A stretch of 64,000 nt of DNA from Balanoglossus misakiensis (GCA_040954595.2 CM082580.2:5136783-5200782); one strand, 5' to 3'; positions 38,101-50,468 are shown, counted from the stretch's first letter. Notes: generated by a model from the letters alone, not told the origin. Program-made: numbers and translations.

Positions 38101-38816
38101 GTGTTCCAATGCGTGGGACACAGTGACGTGTTTTGAGTGTGTATACACACACAGCGTATTATCCCTCCGACAATCAACAATGTAGCGATGTCCGTTTCAA
38201 GTGATCGACAGCGGTCCAAATGCGTAAAAACACCCCTTCTCGCACCTTGGAAGCCCTACGAACGCCGCCCAAACGTCGTTTGGGGAGCCTTCGCCACCGC
38301 CAGAGTGCGATCGGGAGTCGGTTTGGGTTAGAATCTGGGCGACAAACGGCCAAAATTCCTATAGATCTCGACGGACGTACCTCTATAGCCACCTTGCTGA
38401 AGTCAAACTTCCCCCTGAACAAACGCAGAAACTGAAACACGTACGCTAGTTCCCACATGCATCGTAGCGACTCCACCGGCTTCGTTTCTGTCGTAACGGA
38501 GCAAAAATAATACGTTATCAATATTCTACAGTGGCCTGTTGATAAATATTTAATCTGTTTGGCGACGAGCGGCAGTGTGGTGGGGCCATGAAAATGAGGC
38601 TACTACTACAAGTCAGACTCTAGAGCTGCCCGTTTGAACTCCATGTTTTATGCAGGAAATGTATGCACATGTAACGCATAAACACAAGCGGGTGTCCGGT
38701 CACACAACTTCGCTAACTTCTCGCAGATCGCCCAGAAAGTAATGAAACGCACACCGACCTAAAGTGCAGAAAACCAAGATTCCCTTGTTACCTGTGTTTG
38801 GTTTCTTGCGTGGCAT
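9911..38816 (-). CDS. BCL9: BCL9/BCL9L/Legless-like Wnt coactivator with an N-terminal DDT-WHIM1-WHIM2/3 (CECR2-like) module; 12 coding exons, about 1862 aa
   Basis: complement(join(38816-38792,38487-38381,37960-37866,20289-20181,19293-19198,18038-17984,17686-17499,17362-17315,16453-16180,14883-14746,14542-14340,14161-9911)) = 5589 nt. All junctions GT-AG, all phases compatible, no internal stop. BCL9 identity is strong; the joining of the two halves is predicted from sequence only. Confidence 0.8.
12377..12544 (-). repeat. Coding minisatellite, 7 x 24 bp, encoding (GGPMPGGQ)7 in BCL9
   Basis: Unit ttgaccgcc(t/g/c)ggcattggaccgcc repeated seven times almost perfectly. Confidence 0.95.
14340..14542 (-). 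CDS. BCL9: BCL9 HD1 (Pygopus-binding) exon
   Basis: VFVFSTSLANRAAEAVLSGQTDSIISFH closely matches recalled human HD1 VYVFSTEMANKAAEAVLKGQVETIVSFH; acceptor AG, donor GTAAGT. Confidence 0.93.
14746..14883 (-). CDS. BCL9: BCL9L-like basic/acidic pre-HD1 exon
   Basis: RVKRKCVVARQNKKKDDSEWCSDVDDDKP resembles recalled BCL9L KRRCVLERKQPYSGDEWCSGPDSEEDDKP; phase 1/1. Confidence 0.85.
14910..15051. repeat. Short intronic direct repeat of about 40 bp, each copy ending in an X-box-like motif
   Basis: AAGTCAGCCATGTTTGACATG exact at 14910-14930 and 15012-15032, followed by GTTGCCATAGAAAC and ATTGCCATAGTAAC. Confidence 0.75.
16180..16453 (-). CDS. Linker exon with NLS-like RKKRKKK
   Basis: NEEAILNESNPFDFDEEEAMILSRE...VRKKRKKKDDRGNFSDVELGYDSDSESYK; phase 0 in, phase 1 out, donor G|GTAAGC. 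Confidence 0.8.
17315..17362 (-). CDS. 48-nt charged helical exon after WHIM3
   Basis: ttttcAG|AKEREEVERLRIMEEE|GTGAG, phase 0/0. Confidence 0.75.
17499..17686 (-). CDS. WHIM2/WHIM3 exon
   Basis: DLRLYREGP...TWECVCASLEDWQCFLKQYRKTSHPQERELFDYIQNALWPLVEGQLE, matching the CECR2-type W..lc.t.eeW....e.f....s..ErqLy..l...lP pattern. Confidence 0.85.
17984..18038 (-). CDS. WHIM2 (GxD...YWYF) exon
   Basis: RATLLGQDAVNNSYWYFD, the R..plG.D..g..YWyF motif; AG acceptor, G|GTAAGT donor. Too short to appear in the ORF track. Confidence 0.88.
19198..19293 (-). CDS. WHIM1 exon
   Basis: LILLKSVVDVVHEEKDEELAEYLNDYFDADDM; 96 nt, phase 0/0, donor ATG|GTAAGT. Confidence 0.82.
19379..19471. mobile_element. piggyBac-like MITE, diverged copy
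   Basis: tcAACCCTTTCACC...GGGGGTGAAAGGATTAA with the family core. Confidence 0.7.
20181..20289 (-). CDS. DDT-to-WHIM1 exon
   Basis: LTNWEEHVSRLLKGRGIPCNSFGEGGLFKNLSPENK; phase-2 acceptor matches the phase-2 donor at 37865; donor AAG|GTAAGA. Confidence 0.82.
20702..20775. promoter_or_regulatory. Intronic promoter-like motif cluster (NRF1, E-boxes, AP-1, 26-bp palindrome)
   Basis: AGTGCGCATGCGCACT 20702-20717, CACGTG 20721-20726, TGACTCA 20741-20747 overlapping TCACGTGA 20745-20752, perfect palindrome 20750-20775; locally CpG-rich. Confidence 0.6.
24905..25057. mobile_element. piggyBac-like MITE (reverse copy) carrying a nested insertion
   Basis: TTAACCCTTTCACC...GGTGAAAGGGTTAA perfect TIRs, interrupted by the element at 24926-24977. 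Confidence 0.8.
24926..24977. mobile_element. 52-bp foldback element with 19-bp TIRs and a 9-bp TSD
   Basis: TAGTCTAGTATCTAGCCGT...ACGGCTAGATACTAGACTA, flanked by CCCCCATTT at 24917-24925 and 24978-24986. Confidence 0.85.
26054..26151. mobile_element. piggyBac-like MITE, full copy
   Basis: TTAACCCTTTCACC...GGTGAAAGGGTTAA with the family core. Confidence 0.8.
29314..29495. mobile_element. Tc1/mariner superfamily (Tc2/pogo-like) MITE
   Basis: TA|CCGTTAAAGTCACTTTATAAGACGCA ... TGCGTCTTATAAAATGACTTTAACGG|TA: 26-bp TIR with 1 mismatch and TA TSD; internal direct repeat GGTATTATAAGTCGCACCCC twice. Confidence 0.8.
37866..37960 (-). CDS. DDT domain exon, second half
   Basis: DFEIELCEENSALLADTFTKLMRFVCHSADI; pyrimidine tract plus CAG acceptor, donor GTGAGT. 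Confidence 0.82.
38381..38487 (-). CDS. DDT domain exon, first half
   Basis: TKPVESLRCMWELAYVFQFLRLFRGKFDFSKVAIE, compare recalled CECR2 ELRSWWEVPAIAHFCSLFRTAFRLPDFEIE; donor GAG|GTACGT. Confidence 0.85.
38792..38816 (-). CDS. First coding exon MPRKKPNT(E)
   Basis: caagATG context, donor CAG|GTAACA, phase 1 matches the next exon, lies in a CpG-rich promoter-like region. Confidence 0.7.
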
Positions 38817-38908
38817 CTTGAGGATGTTTGTTGGGGTCAAATATCACTATCCCTCTAGTGTTGGCGCCATTCCTGTACAGACATTCACACACAAGGTCAG
38901 CGAAAGAG

Positions 38909-38918
38909 GTCACGTGAC
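38909..38918. promoter_or_regulatory. GTCACGTGAC (CLEAR/USF-type E-box) in the divergent DDT-BCL9 / LC3 intergenic region
   Basis: Perfect 10-bp palindrome about 90 bp upstream of the ATG at 38816; a second GTCACGTGA at 39754-39762. Confidence 0.5.
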
Positions 38919-40494
38919 TTTGCACTGTGTAATTGATTGGACAATTAACAATTATTAAACTCATAATTTATTACTAATATCGCGCACAAACATATCTGGT
39001 GCTTCGACTGTGGCCCCGGCGTCGCCCCAGCTACTTTTCGGCGGCCTAATCGGCCGACAGGAGCGAAAAACCACGGATTTCTCGTCGAGTGTCGGCACCT
39101 TTGGTATACAAATGAGCTGGCTTTTGTTCGGGCTGGTGACGCGCAGCGCAGCAAAACTGGTCGCTCGTGCGCCGCCCTCCACACAAGCATTCCTGGAATA
39201 CTTTCGCGGACCCAAGCACTGACGTAACAATGTCGCTCGTCAAAAAAATATCGAGCGGAATATTTCCTCATTCACAAAGCGGGTCTTCAAGACACAGACA
39301 CAGTAAATGGGGACATTTATTATTGAAGAAAAATAAAAGGTACAGCCACAACACGCGCGACCAATGACACCCCAATTAACGAAAATTGTTGCGCTGTCCT
39401 TTGATGCAAAGAATAGAACTGGCATAAAGCCCTGCATAAAGTATAAAGCCTTTTTGCAGGTTTCTCAAACTCCTTTGAGATCAATACGTCTGCAGAGTGA
39501 GCAGGCTAGTGTATATGGTCTTGGTATATGTGTTAGGAAAAAATACAAAGGGATATGCAACAGAATGATAAAAACAATGCAGTAGCCTATATAGCGTGTG
39601 TCTGTGTTCATTGCTTTATAGACCGACCGACATGTTAATTTGATTATCGCAGCATATCCTCCTATAATGATATAACGGACACTGCATGATTTTTTTCTCT
39701 CCGGGGAATATCCGTCAGTACTTTGTTTTTGTCCTTCCAAAATTGAATTTTATGTCACGTGAAATTTCGTCAAAGTTTGGGAAAACAAACCATAAAGCGA
39801 GTGAAGAGAAGGGTAAGAAACGAAACACTGTTTCTATCAAATTCTTCACTTCACAAAGCTACTGTATACGATAAAGCAAAGAGCGCTTCTGTGTGTGTGA
39901 CGTACTGCCGTAATACACAGTCGAAACCATTTCAGACCTGAATTACCAAGCAAGGTTGCCAAGTTAAGAAGCTTAGTACCAATAGTTGGAAGCATTCCTA
40001 AAAATCGTTCCCAAAGTTTGCGCAAGGACCTGTCAGAATATCACGTCAGCTATACCTACCATGTCAGTTTATTACGTGATTTTTTTAAATAAAAAGTTGA
40101 AAAATTCAAACTTTCGTTTCGAGTAGATTTTTACCCCATTTTACAAAAAACGTTGCCAGATTTCCAGTTGAAATCCGTGCATTAACAACAAGTCGACTTC
40201 TTGGACACACCCTCAAAACCGTGTGCGATTTTACCTCCGGATCCTGCAATCGACTTGATGATGACGCGCGCTCAGTACACGCCACCCCACCCACCCCCAG
40301 TTGCACCCTATGTCTCCAAGAGAACATAACCAAAAAGAAAACATACATCAAATCCGAGAATTAAATGCTTCAGCCTATATGGCGCATTCGTTTCACAACT
40401 TCTCAGATATTGTAGAATATGCGACTCATTTATATGACTTTCTTTAGAGACACAGCTTATCAGCATCAAAGCTTGTGACTGAGATATCGTGATA

Positions 40495-40495
40495 T

Positions 40496-40535
<40 letters not shown>
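40495..40535. repeat. (GA)n(GACA)n microsatellite
   Basis: Read directly from the sequence. Confidence 0.9.
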
Positions 40536-40536
<1 letters not shown>

Positions 40537-41659
40537 GGGTAGGCCTACAATATCTAACGCGTATGAACACACGTCAACTGAAATCAACTTATTCCAATCG
40601 CTTACGATTTTTCTTGGAGAAGACGTCGGAAATGTATTGAAGATTGCCACACCAACTTTTCTAGGAGGTTGTGGTTTTGCGTGTGATGGCCAGGGCGGGT
40701 CACATACGTATTGTCAAAAACCGGCAAAATGCGCGTGTCCACACATGGTAACATAGAAATTGACAATAGTTGAAGAGCTTCACATATTGTTTTAAATTCA
40801 GAATTAAATTAAAGATACATTTTAGAAAAATCGTTAAAAAGATAAAAACTGAATATCAATATCATTTTTCTGTCGACTAAAATGTGCCTTTTTCATTATC
40901 AGTTGTATTTTATTAGTCACACTTCTTATTTGACTTACAAAAGCATGCCATATCATGATATAATTTAGTGAATATATGGGGAAAAGGGTAATTTTGTTGT
41001 CATTTTACTGTGACTCTACAATTTTTTCTCACTTTTGGATTACTCTCATATACTTTTTTCCGAAAGTACTATGGGATTTCTTTTTTATCCTGTAACACAA
41101 TAAAACAGTAGAATTCGTAGATTTCTGTCCATCCTTGCACCATAGCTTCCGTATAGACAGAAATAAACCTTTGCAATCGTGACGCATCAACATAACTCCA
41201 AATCGAACGTTCGAACTTCCAAGTGGTATTTTTTATAAATACGCATGACGTGATGACGTTTCATCATGTGGTTTACCCAGCATTCCACGGGTTGTTATGG
41301 CTGTTCCACCAATTGTTTATTTACCCTTCAAAGTTGCAAATAAAACGGATTCTCTCTTCTTTTGGCGGAGTATTACCCGTTTAACTGACAAAAACGTTGA
41401 GTATTTTTTCAGTATAAGTTAATTTTAATATAATATAGTATTGGTAATTCGCTAATTGTGTTTACTTCATCTTATATGTTTACGCTGCGCTGGAGTATTT
41501 ATAGCTGATGACACCGTTCCGTCATTGTTGCCCTTCAGTTCCTGGATCAAAACATTGCAAAAAATTCTACTACGTTTAGGGATTTCCCAGCCATTCTCAG
41601 CCTTTCACTTGGTTTCGAAGTTTATACAGGGTCGTCGGAGGCTGCAACAAACCTTAATC

Positions 41660-42941
<1,282 letters not shown>

Positions 42942-45814
42942 ATCCCAGCCGAATTCCTGGACCAAACCGAATTTGACATTTGAACTGAAAAATATGATCA
43001 GGAGCCTCTGGCAATCATGTTTCAAAGACAATAAGTGATTAACCCAAGATTTTGTGTTCCTTCAAGAATTCCTGAAATTCGCTGATTGCCGTAAAAAAAA
43101 TATCTTACGCGAATAATGTATGGAAATTTATTTATCATGTGGTAATCGATTAAATGGATTTTTAAGTTTGCAATAGTTGAACCCCGTAATTTGAACGCAC
43201 CACAGTACAAACATCACCATGTGTGCTTAATGACTAGACTGCACAAATGTGTGCATTCCTATGTGTGCACTTCTTCAGCATAAATTTTCCATAGAAGACT
43301 AGCACAGTGCGTGCAACATTTTATTTCGGAGTATGCATATTGATAAATTATTATTCAATGAAAGTAAGTGTGGTGGTTTATTTTTAGCAATGGCTTTTTT
43401 TATTCTCACTGGGCTGCCTCCATTCCAGATAATCAGATAATGATTACTTCATTTTGTCTTTGTGCTCACACTCCAGGCTATCCTTGTCTGATCAATCGTG
43501 TTATGGAGTCATGTCCTTGTTAAGTCCATGTATTAAAGATGCATGTCCCTGTTTTAACCCCAACATTAAGGATGTACAGGCTGTGTATATGAAAGTATTT
43601 TCATTTCCTCAGAATGTTGATTTTTGAGTACGTCGTCTCAAAGTTATCAAAATCGACATAACAAGGAATTTGGAAAGTACAATGCTATCTTCAGCTGAAG
43701 AAAATTGGCCCTGTCAGCTTTTTTTCAGTCATTCAAATATGCATGTAAAGATTGGAAAAATTGGCAATAACAGTTCTAACCATGGTTTTGAGCAATTCTA
43801 GGCAGTGCAGTCATATCGAAAGAGACAAATATGAGTCTCAGTTACTGAATGTACATCCTTAACGAACTTAAGTAACTGTCTGGTTCAGAAGAGATTTTTG
43901 ACAATTTTAGTTAAATGTATTTTAATGCTTGATATGTTTTCTTTATAGCACATCTAAAATATATGAATATTATTATGAATAAGATTGAAAGTTGACTTAT
44001 GTTTGTTTTGATCAGCAAAGTTCATTTTAGTTGTTAATCTTCGTACTGTACTATCTTGGGGGTATTCATATAAAGCATTGTGTATATATGGACAAACAGT
44101 TTAAAATCTGAAAATTTGCTGCATATTTTTCACAAAAAGTGAAGAAAATCATGATGGCAGAACAGTTAAGAGGCAATTTACAAATATATTTACAACAGGA
44201 GAGGTTTATATTGCACATTTGGTCTGTTATACAGTTTACTTTTCTCAGCACACCCTGGTAATGGAAAAGTTTTAAATTGTGATCTATCACACCCTACGAT
44301 CTCAAAGTTTGTATTGCATGAGCAGCTTTTAAAAAATGTATTAAATCTTTCTTTTCCTATGTTTTATTAAAAGATTCATTATTATTTCTTATTTCCATGA
44401 GGGGATGAAAGTGCATGGAATCCCGCTAGCATAACTTTCATGGAAGCGTGACATCATAAAATGTCTTGACAATATTATAAAATATAGTAGGGAAGTGTTT
44501 TCCACTGTTGAGTAAAAGTTTGAGCTGTACATGGAATTTGTACCATATAAACTTGTCTTTCTATTTTTTACCCCATACATGTATTCCAGAGATAGTTGCA
44601 TTTGAACACCTTTTCCGAATAGTTACTTTGCAGGTATCTCATTTTGGAGTTCATCATCATCAGTAAATCATCAAAGAGTGTTTTTTCAACCTCTGTCTTC
44701 TGATATCTTTCACAGTCATGTCATTTCTAATGAGATCGACATGTGATGTCATTGTAAATTGCTTTCAACTTCTGGGAAGAATTTTCTATACAGATACATA
44801 TGTTTAAATATCATTTCTGGTCATTGTAATAAATAAGGCATGTAAATAAACTAAGGATAAAAAAAATGAATCACTGTGTGGAGTTTGTTGGGCTGAAATC
44901 ATTGACATGTTTGCGTCATAGCAACAGGAACGGAGGAGACGGGGTGAGCCTTCCGTATCAAAATGAACACCAGGGGGCGCTATACAGCATGCCATGCCAT
45001 GCTGGTCAAGGTGGTCTCTTCAAGTTCAAAGTTAGTTTCGGCCACATCTGACCTTGTAACAGCCTTCACTCTATCAATATATGTGCCCATTTTGTTTGAA
45101 AGCATGGCTGATACACAGAAAATACTGGAAAAATCGCCAGATATAGTGGCTCTCTTTCAATAGGTAAATATATAGTTGCCTTTTCCAGACCTGCAGTATA
45201 CAGTGGAATTTTTTATCACAAGATAGTATACTTTTATTATATAAAATCACCGCGCAACAATCCAGATTACAAAATAATGTATCGTGTGAAGATTCATTCA
45301 AGCTAAAATCACAGTTGCTATTTGGTACTGAATGTCATTTATGTTCAATTTCTTTAATAATATGCATTATTTATTTCTCCCAACAAACACCTGCACTAAT
45401 TTATTGAGCCTCATTCAGGACTGCTGGCTCTGTACTCTGAATCACAGTCCGCGGGACAGTGTCTGAATATACTGCACACATCGGTGAAAGGCAGAGGACC
45501 CGGACAAGCTTAGCCAACTTGAATCTGTGATATACCGGTACCACTTGGTGCCCCATTAAACCTACCTTTTAAATAAACTTGTGAGTTGAAGACACAAATG
45601 GATCACACCAAAAGGGCCAATGACCACACAATATCAATGTATCAATCCTATGAACCTGCATCAGAAAGTTTCCAAATGATGTCACAGGTCATCAGGGGTC
45701 AGGGTGCAAAGGTCACTATTTATACCCCATGTGTGATGCACATAAGTCATTTTCCTGATTTCTACTGCAAACTGCAAATGTCATCTAAATGTCATTGATA
45801 AAACCAACTCCTGG

Positions 45815-48800
45815 CTAGATAGCGTCCCACATGGCCTTGGTTTGTTTTTTGGCTGTTTCATCCTCGCTGTAGTCCAGAGAGTCCGCCTGCCACATGCCGA
45901 CGCCCAGTAAGCCTCTTTGTGACGCGTAGTCATAGCGATACTTCAAACTCTCTGGATCATCGTACCAAACTTGGTATGTCTGCTTTTTGTCCTGGTAAAA
46001 GAGAAAAACAAACAAATTTCTTTTGACACACACGAAATTTGCAATATTATGTGGCCATTTGAGGTCAAATTTTTCGCATGTCAACATCAGCAACAATTGG
46101 TCTTATATTAAAATGAAAATGATATCATCAGACAGTGGGGTGTATAGACAAGTATTGACAGTACCATGCTGCAGATGATCATGGTGTTTACTGTATTGTA
46201 CAGGTACCACCACATGCTGCTAATGAAAACCATAGAACATTATGAATAAATCTGGTCCATTGTAGTATTAAAATTGTCCTCACCTGATAATTAAAATAAG
46301 GCGCTTTAAACGCTTCATTCCATATCCTTCCCGTCGTGGAATTTTTCATCAGCTGGTTGACGGTTTTGTAATCTTTCTGTGTGCCAGCAGCATCACTGCA
46401 GGGAGCTCCTCGAAAAGGCACTTTCTCAATTGTACATGTGTTATTCTGTGGAGATTTCAGATGTGGAGACCCAATGAGCTTTATGAGATTATTTGGGTTG
46501 AAGGGAGCCCTCTACAGTCGGTCATGCGCTCTGCAAACACAACACATACTGATGCTGCAACTTTTGACATTTATTTTTTCCAATGGTCCTGTGTACCAAC
46601 TACAAGTTGCATTCCCAGTTAAGAAATGTTGAGCTCTAATATCAGAAGCAGTGTAACAGCAAATCCAAGTCATCTATAGTGTTCAAACAGTTTACAGTTT
46701 GTATTTCTTTGAAATGAGACGTCTTGTTGCTGCCTGCCCCTCTGAACTTCATCAATAGGACAGGGACCACCCACAGCCCATGGCGATAAACAGCGCCCTC
46801 TATCATCACAGTGAACACCAAACCCACACCCACAGCACCGAACCTTACAGCGCATGACAACCCACCTTGGTTACACTGAGACATGGGTAATCATACCCAT
46901 ACCAAGGCACTCCAAGGACCAAATTCTTGGCCGGTATCTCGAGTTCTATGAACTTCTCCACACCTAGCATCAATGTCAAAAGGAAATCATGAAAAATGAG
47001 TGATGAAACAGGATGAAAAAGACTCTAGGTAGAGAGTCAAACTTAATTTGCATTGTGCCATTCATTATGCAAGTGCCAATTTGTCTGAGTCTGATAATTG
47101 GTAAATGTTCATATATAGCTAAGTTTTCTATAAATGACAGTAGTGGCTCACTTATTCATGTGGCCACCCAAGTGAAAAAGTGATTGCCAGAATTTAATTT
47201 CTCTTGGTAACTGTGGCTAAATTTGCATGGGTGATTGTGTACATTTAGGGTACATATAGGAACCTTTCCACTGAAGACAATTCTGCAAAACAGTTTTCAC
47301 AGTCCCTTCGTGTCCATCTAGACAGGCTTGAAAATCACTGACATTTACGGCAAAGCCAGTCAAATTTTAACACAGTCCTCCCAGTGATAATGTTAGTGTT
47401 TGAATAAACTGAGTAACAGACAGTGTGATAGAGAAAAAAACAACTACACTAACCTGATATTGTTTTGTTGTAAGGCGAGTTGGCCATAGCAATGCAGGGA
47501 CCATAGATTTGACTTTGCTCGTCGTACGACATCACAAACAGGAAGTCCACAGCGTCGGATATTGCCTTGTAGTCGTAGCAACGCTTGTCAATACAGTCTG
47601 GTGACCAGGCGACATCAAAAGTGACCTATCATGAGGAAAGATCTGTCATCATGAGGAGGGGGGAGAAACTTTGATGGGAATGTCTGCATGTGCATATGTG
47701 TCTCATTACTACAAAGTGCATCATTCAATGCATGCCTGCTGTCTCCAAATCATGGTTTGCATATTTCTAAGTATGCAGCATGATAATGAAAACAGGCATG
47801 AATATACGGGAAATGCAATGGGTGTGTCTTGTTGCAAGACAGTGAGAGATGCAATCACCTGGCAGGTTTGGCCTTGACTTTGATCAGCAAGATGCCATAT
47901 TTTATCACTTTGTATGGTGAGCAGCAAAGAAAATGTGTCTACCCCAAAGACCACACACACTATTCAAGTTATACAGTGTGATTTTAACCCAGCGCCCAAT
48001 CTTTCTGTATACGAGTCCAACCAGTGGAAATAAACATGGTATGAAACTCTTGGGATTCAAATTTACAGTACTGTACCTGGGAATATTTATTGAGGACATG
48101 GAAGGCTTTGGAGGTCTGAGTGACCAATTCCGTAAACAGCTTCTGTTCAACGGATCCTTGTTCGAGCGCATCTTCAGTGTCGATGTTGATGCCATCCAGA
48201 TGCTTGTCCACTGCATACTGCAGCTGGTGCACGACCCACAAGTTCCGCGCATAGCTGTCGGTGATGTTGGCAATAGGAAAATATCCTGGTTGAAATAAAA
48301 ACAACGGGAAACAATAAAACAATTAGTGGATTGAAAATTGCCAACAAGAACCTACTCAAATATTTTGATAACCCGAATAACTTCATCGAAGAATTTAAAG
48401 GCTGAGGATAATTAAAGCATGCACATGATTGATAAACAAAACTATGTAGCATTATTGCATTTGACCTCAAAATCATCTCCTCGAAACAAACGTTTGTACA
48501 ATGAACAATGTGTTCAGTGTTACCTTTGTACACTGCCCTGACATTCTTGGAATGAGCAAAGCACATCAGTTCTGCATCATAATACCCAAACATTACCACA
48601 GTGGTGACCTTGGACCAGTCATAGTGCTTCCAAGTTTTGTTCCTACTCACTGAGAATACAAACACCTGCAAAAAAATAATTTTGGCTACTTCAGGAAGTG
48701 CTTTTCATTTTTTGTCAGTGCGTGTGGAACACCCCCCTCCCCTTCCCATGTGATTCGCATGCTGGTTATGAGTAAACTCTCGTCTCGCCGAAATCGGCGA

Positions 48801-49057
48801 GAAAGCCATTTTCTTGATTAAAAGACTAAATCAAAGGTCTTGATTTCTACATTATCACGTAACATTTAGCCTAGGCAGTAAAAATCACGAAAACGTACCT
48901 CTCTATCGGGTTTTGTAGTTACAGGCTCACACAGTTTCGGATCCGAACACGGACACTGGCTTGGTGGATCCAATGAGAAAGTTGTCAAAACAAAACATGA
49001 CAATATACATGTAATTGAAATGATACAGATACGGGGAAATTCTATTCTGTACATCAT
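45815..49057 (-). CDS. CTBS: Di-N-acetylchitobiase (GH18, lysosomal), 7 exons, about 372 aa
   Basis: complement(join(49057-48899,48665-48524,48285-48077,47625-47454,46963-46866,46445-46284,45991-45815)). Hydrophobic signal peptide, CPCSDPKLC, WKHYDWSKVTTV, catalytic LDGINIDTE, VTFDVAWSP, FVMSYDEQSQI, LVLGVPWYGYDY, VPFRGAPCSDAAG, QVWYDDPESL. Confidence 0.95.
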
Positions 49058-49973
49058 TGGTGATATGGAGGGGGCTGGGTCCTGGATGGGACAACACACT
49101 CACTCTTTCTTTTTCCCCAGTCAGTCCTTGGCCAGGTGACCCCAAGGTGACCCCACTGGTCCACGAAGAGCGCCCTCAAACACACTCCCCATGTTATTTG
49201 TTGGCCTACATTCAAATTTCCCCGTACGATTTCTTGTGAAAGCAAACACAAACAGAACATGAAACTGAAAGAACCACACTTGCAATGGAAACTAAAATCA
49301 CGAAAGAAAATGCAAAATTGGGCCTGCACATGTACCGAATCTTTAATACATGTACATAACTTTTCACTCATTATTCCATTCATGCTAAAGTCAACCGATT
49401 CATTCCCGTCTTTTCAGTGATTTCCTGAAAACTGTTAGGCCTATAGTATGAGTACCACTGGACGATATATTGACCCCTCCCCCGGGATTGAAGATATGCT
49501 GACACTTATCACAAGAAAGGTCGCTATATATTCTCGTTTATTGAGTTCAACTTGAAGAAAATGGGTTAAGTCAAAGATTTGCTGTCCGCAAATGCAGTTT
49601 AAATTTCTAGCTTTGATTTGACATTTTCTTCGAAGCTTGCTAAAATACGGTGCCATAGCACTATGACTTACATATACACACTGACCCTTTTTTCTCATAA
49701 GATCTTAGTGATCATTTGAATATATGGGTCAATTTAATCAAAGCCTATATACGCAGAGTTGGGTTTGAAACGTTTTCATCATCAAAGGTGTTCAATATGA
49801 CGCCTCATCAGATATTTAGTGAGGTCAACCCATCGGTTCACGCCACCACACTCAACTACAGCCGACATAAACGACACCTGAGTGGACCATCCATAATATC
49901 AGGTCTATGCTTTCAGCACATCACAGGTTGGTGAATTGCCACGTTCGCTCTCATCATCGCCCCCATCCATAAA

Positions 49974-50174
49974 TCACGGTTCTAGAAACGTCGACAGCGC
50001 TTCCCACATGTCCCTGGTCTGTTTCTTCGCCCTCGGGTTGTCGCTGTAGTCGAGTGCGTCGCCATTCCAGGGACCGACTCCCCTCAGCCCGCGCTGTCTT
50101 GCGTACAGGTATTTGTACTTCAGGCTCTCCGGGTCGTCGTACCACATCTGGTGGGTTTTGTTAGTCGAGGACTT
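49974..50174 (-). CDS. Terminal exon of a second CTBS-like paralog; no upstream exons found in the window
   Basis: ttttccAG|KSSTNKTHQMWYDDPESLKYKYLYARQRGLRGVGPWNGDALDYSDNPRAKKQTRDMWEALSTFLEP*, homologous to CTBS exon 7, same phase-0 acceptor, open frame. Confidence 0.8.
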   Translation of the reverse strand, partial: KSSTNKTHQMWYDDPESLKYKYLYARQRGLRGVGPWNGDALDYSDNPRAKKQTRDMWEALSTFLEP

Positions 50175-50261
50175 CTGGAAAACACCAGGTTAAAAAAGAA
50201 AGCCTGACTGTGAAAGATATCATAAGATGGCATATCGAAAAGAAAACGTAGAAGGAATAGC

Positions 50262-50468
50262 AATTTTAGAACAACCCGACAATCTAGAGGAAAACTTTAT
50301 GCGCTCAGGCCTTCGTGTTCTACGCATAACAAAGGAATTCCATAAACAAACAAGGTGTTTAGAAGCATCCATGGAAATTTTAGAACAACTCGACAATCTA
50401 CATAGTCTAGCGGAACACTTTCTTATGCGCTCAGGCCTATGTGTTCTACGCATAACAAAGGAATTCCA
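50262..50468. repeat. Local direct duplication of about 80-90 bp
   Basis: AATTTTAGAACAAC(C/T)CGACAATCTA...TATGCGCTCAGGCCT...GTGTTCTACGCATAACAAAGGAATTCCA at 50262-50342 and 50376-50468. Confidence 0.85.

Noticed and set aside
49954-50145. 63-aa minus-strand ORF in the track
   Set aside because: Wrong frame; the chitobiase-like frame is 50174-49974
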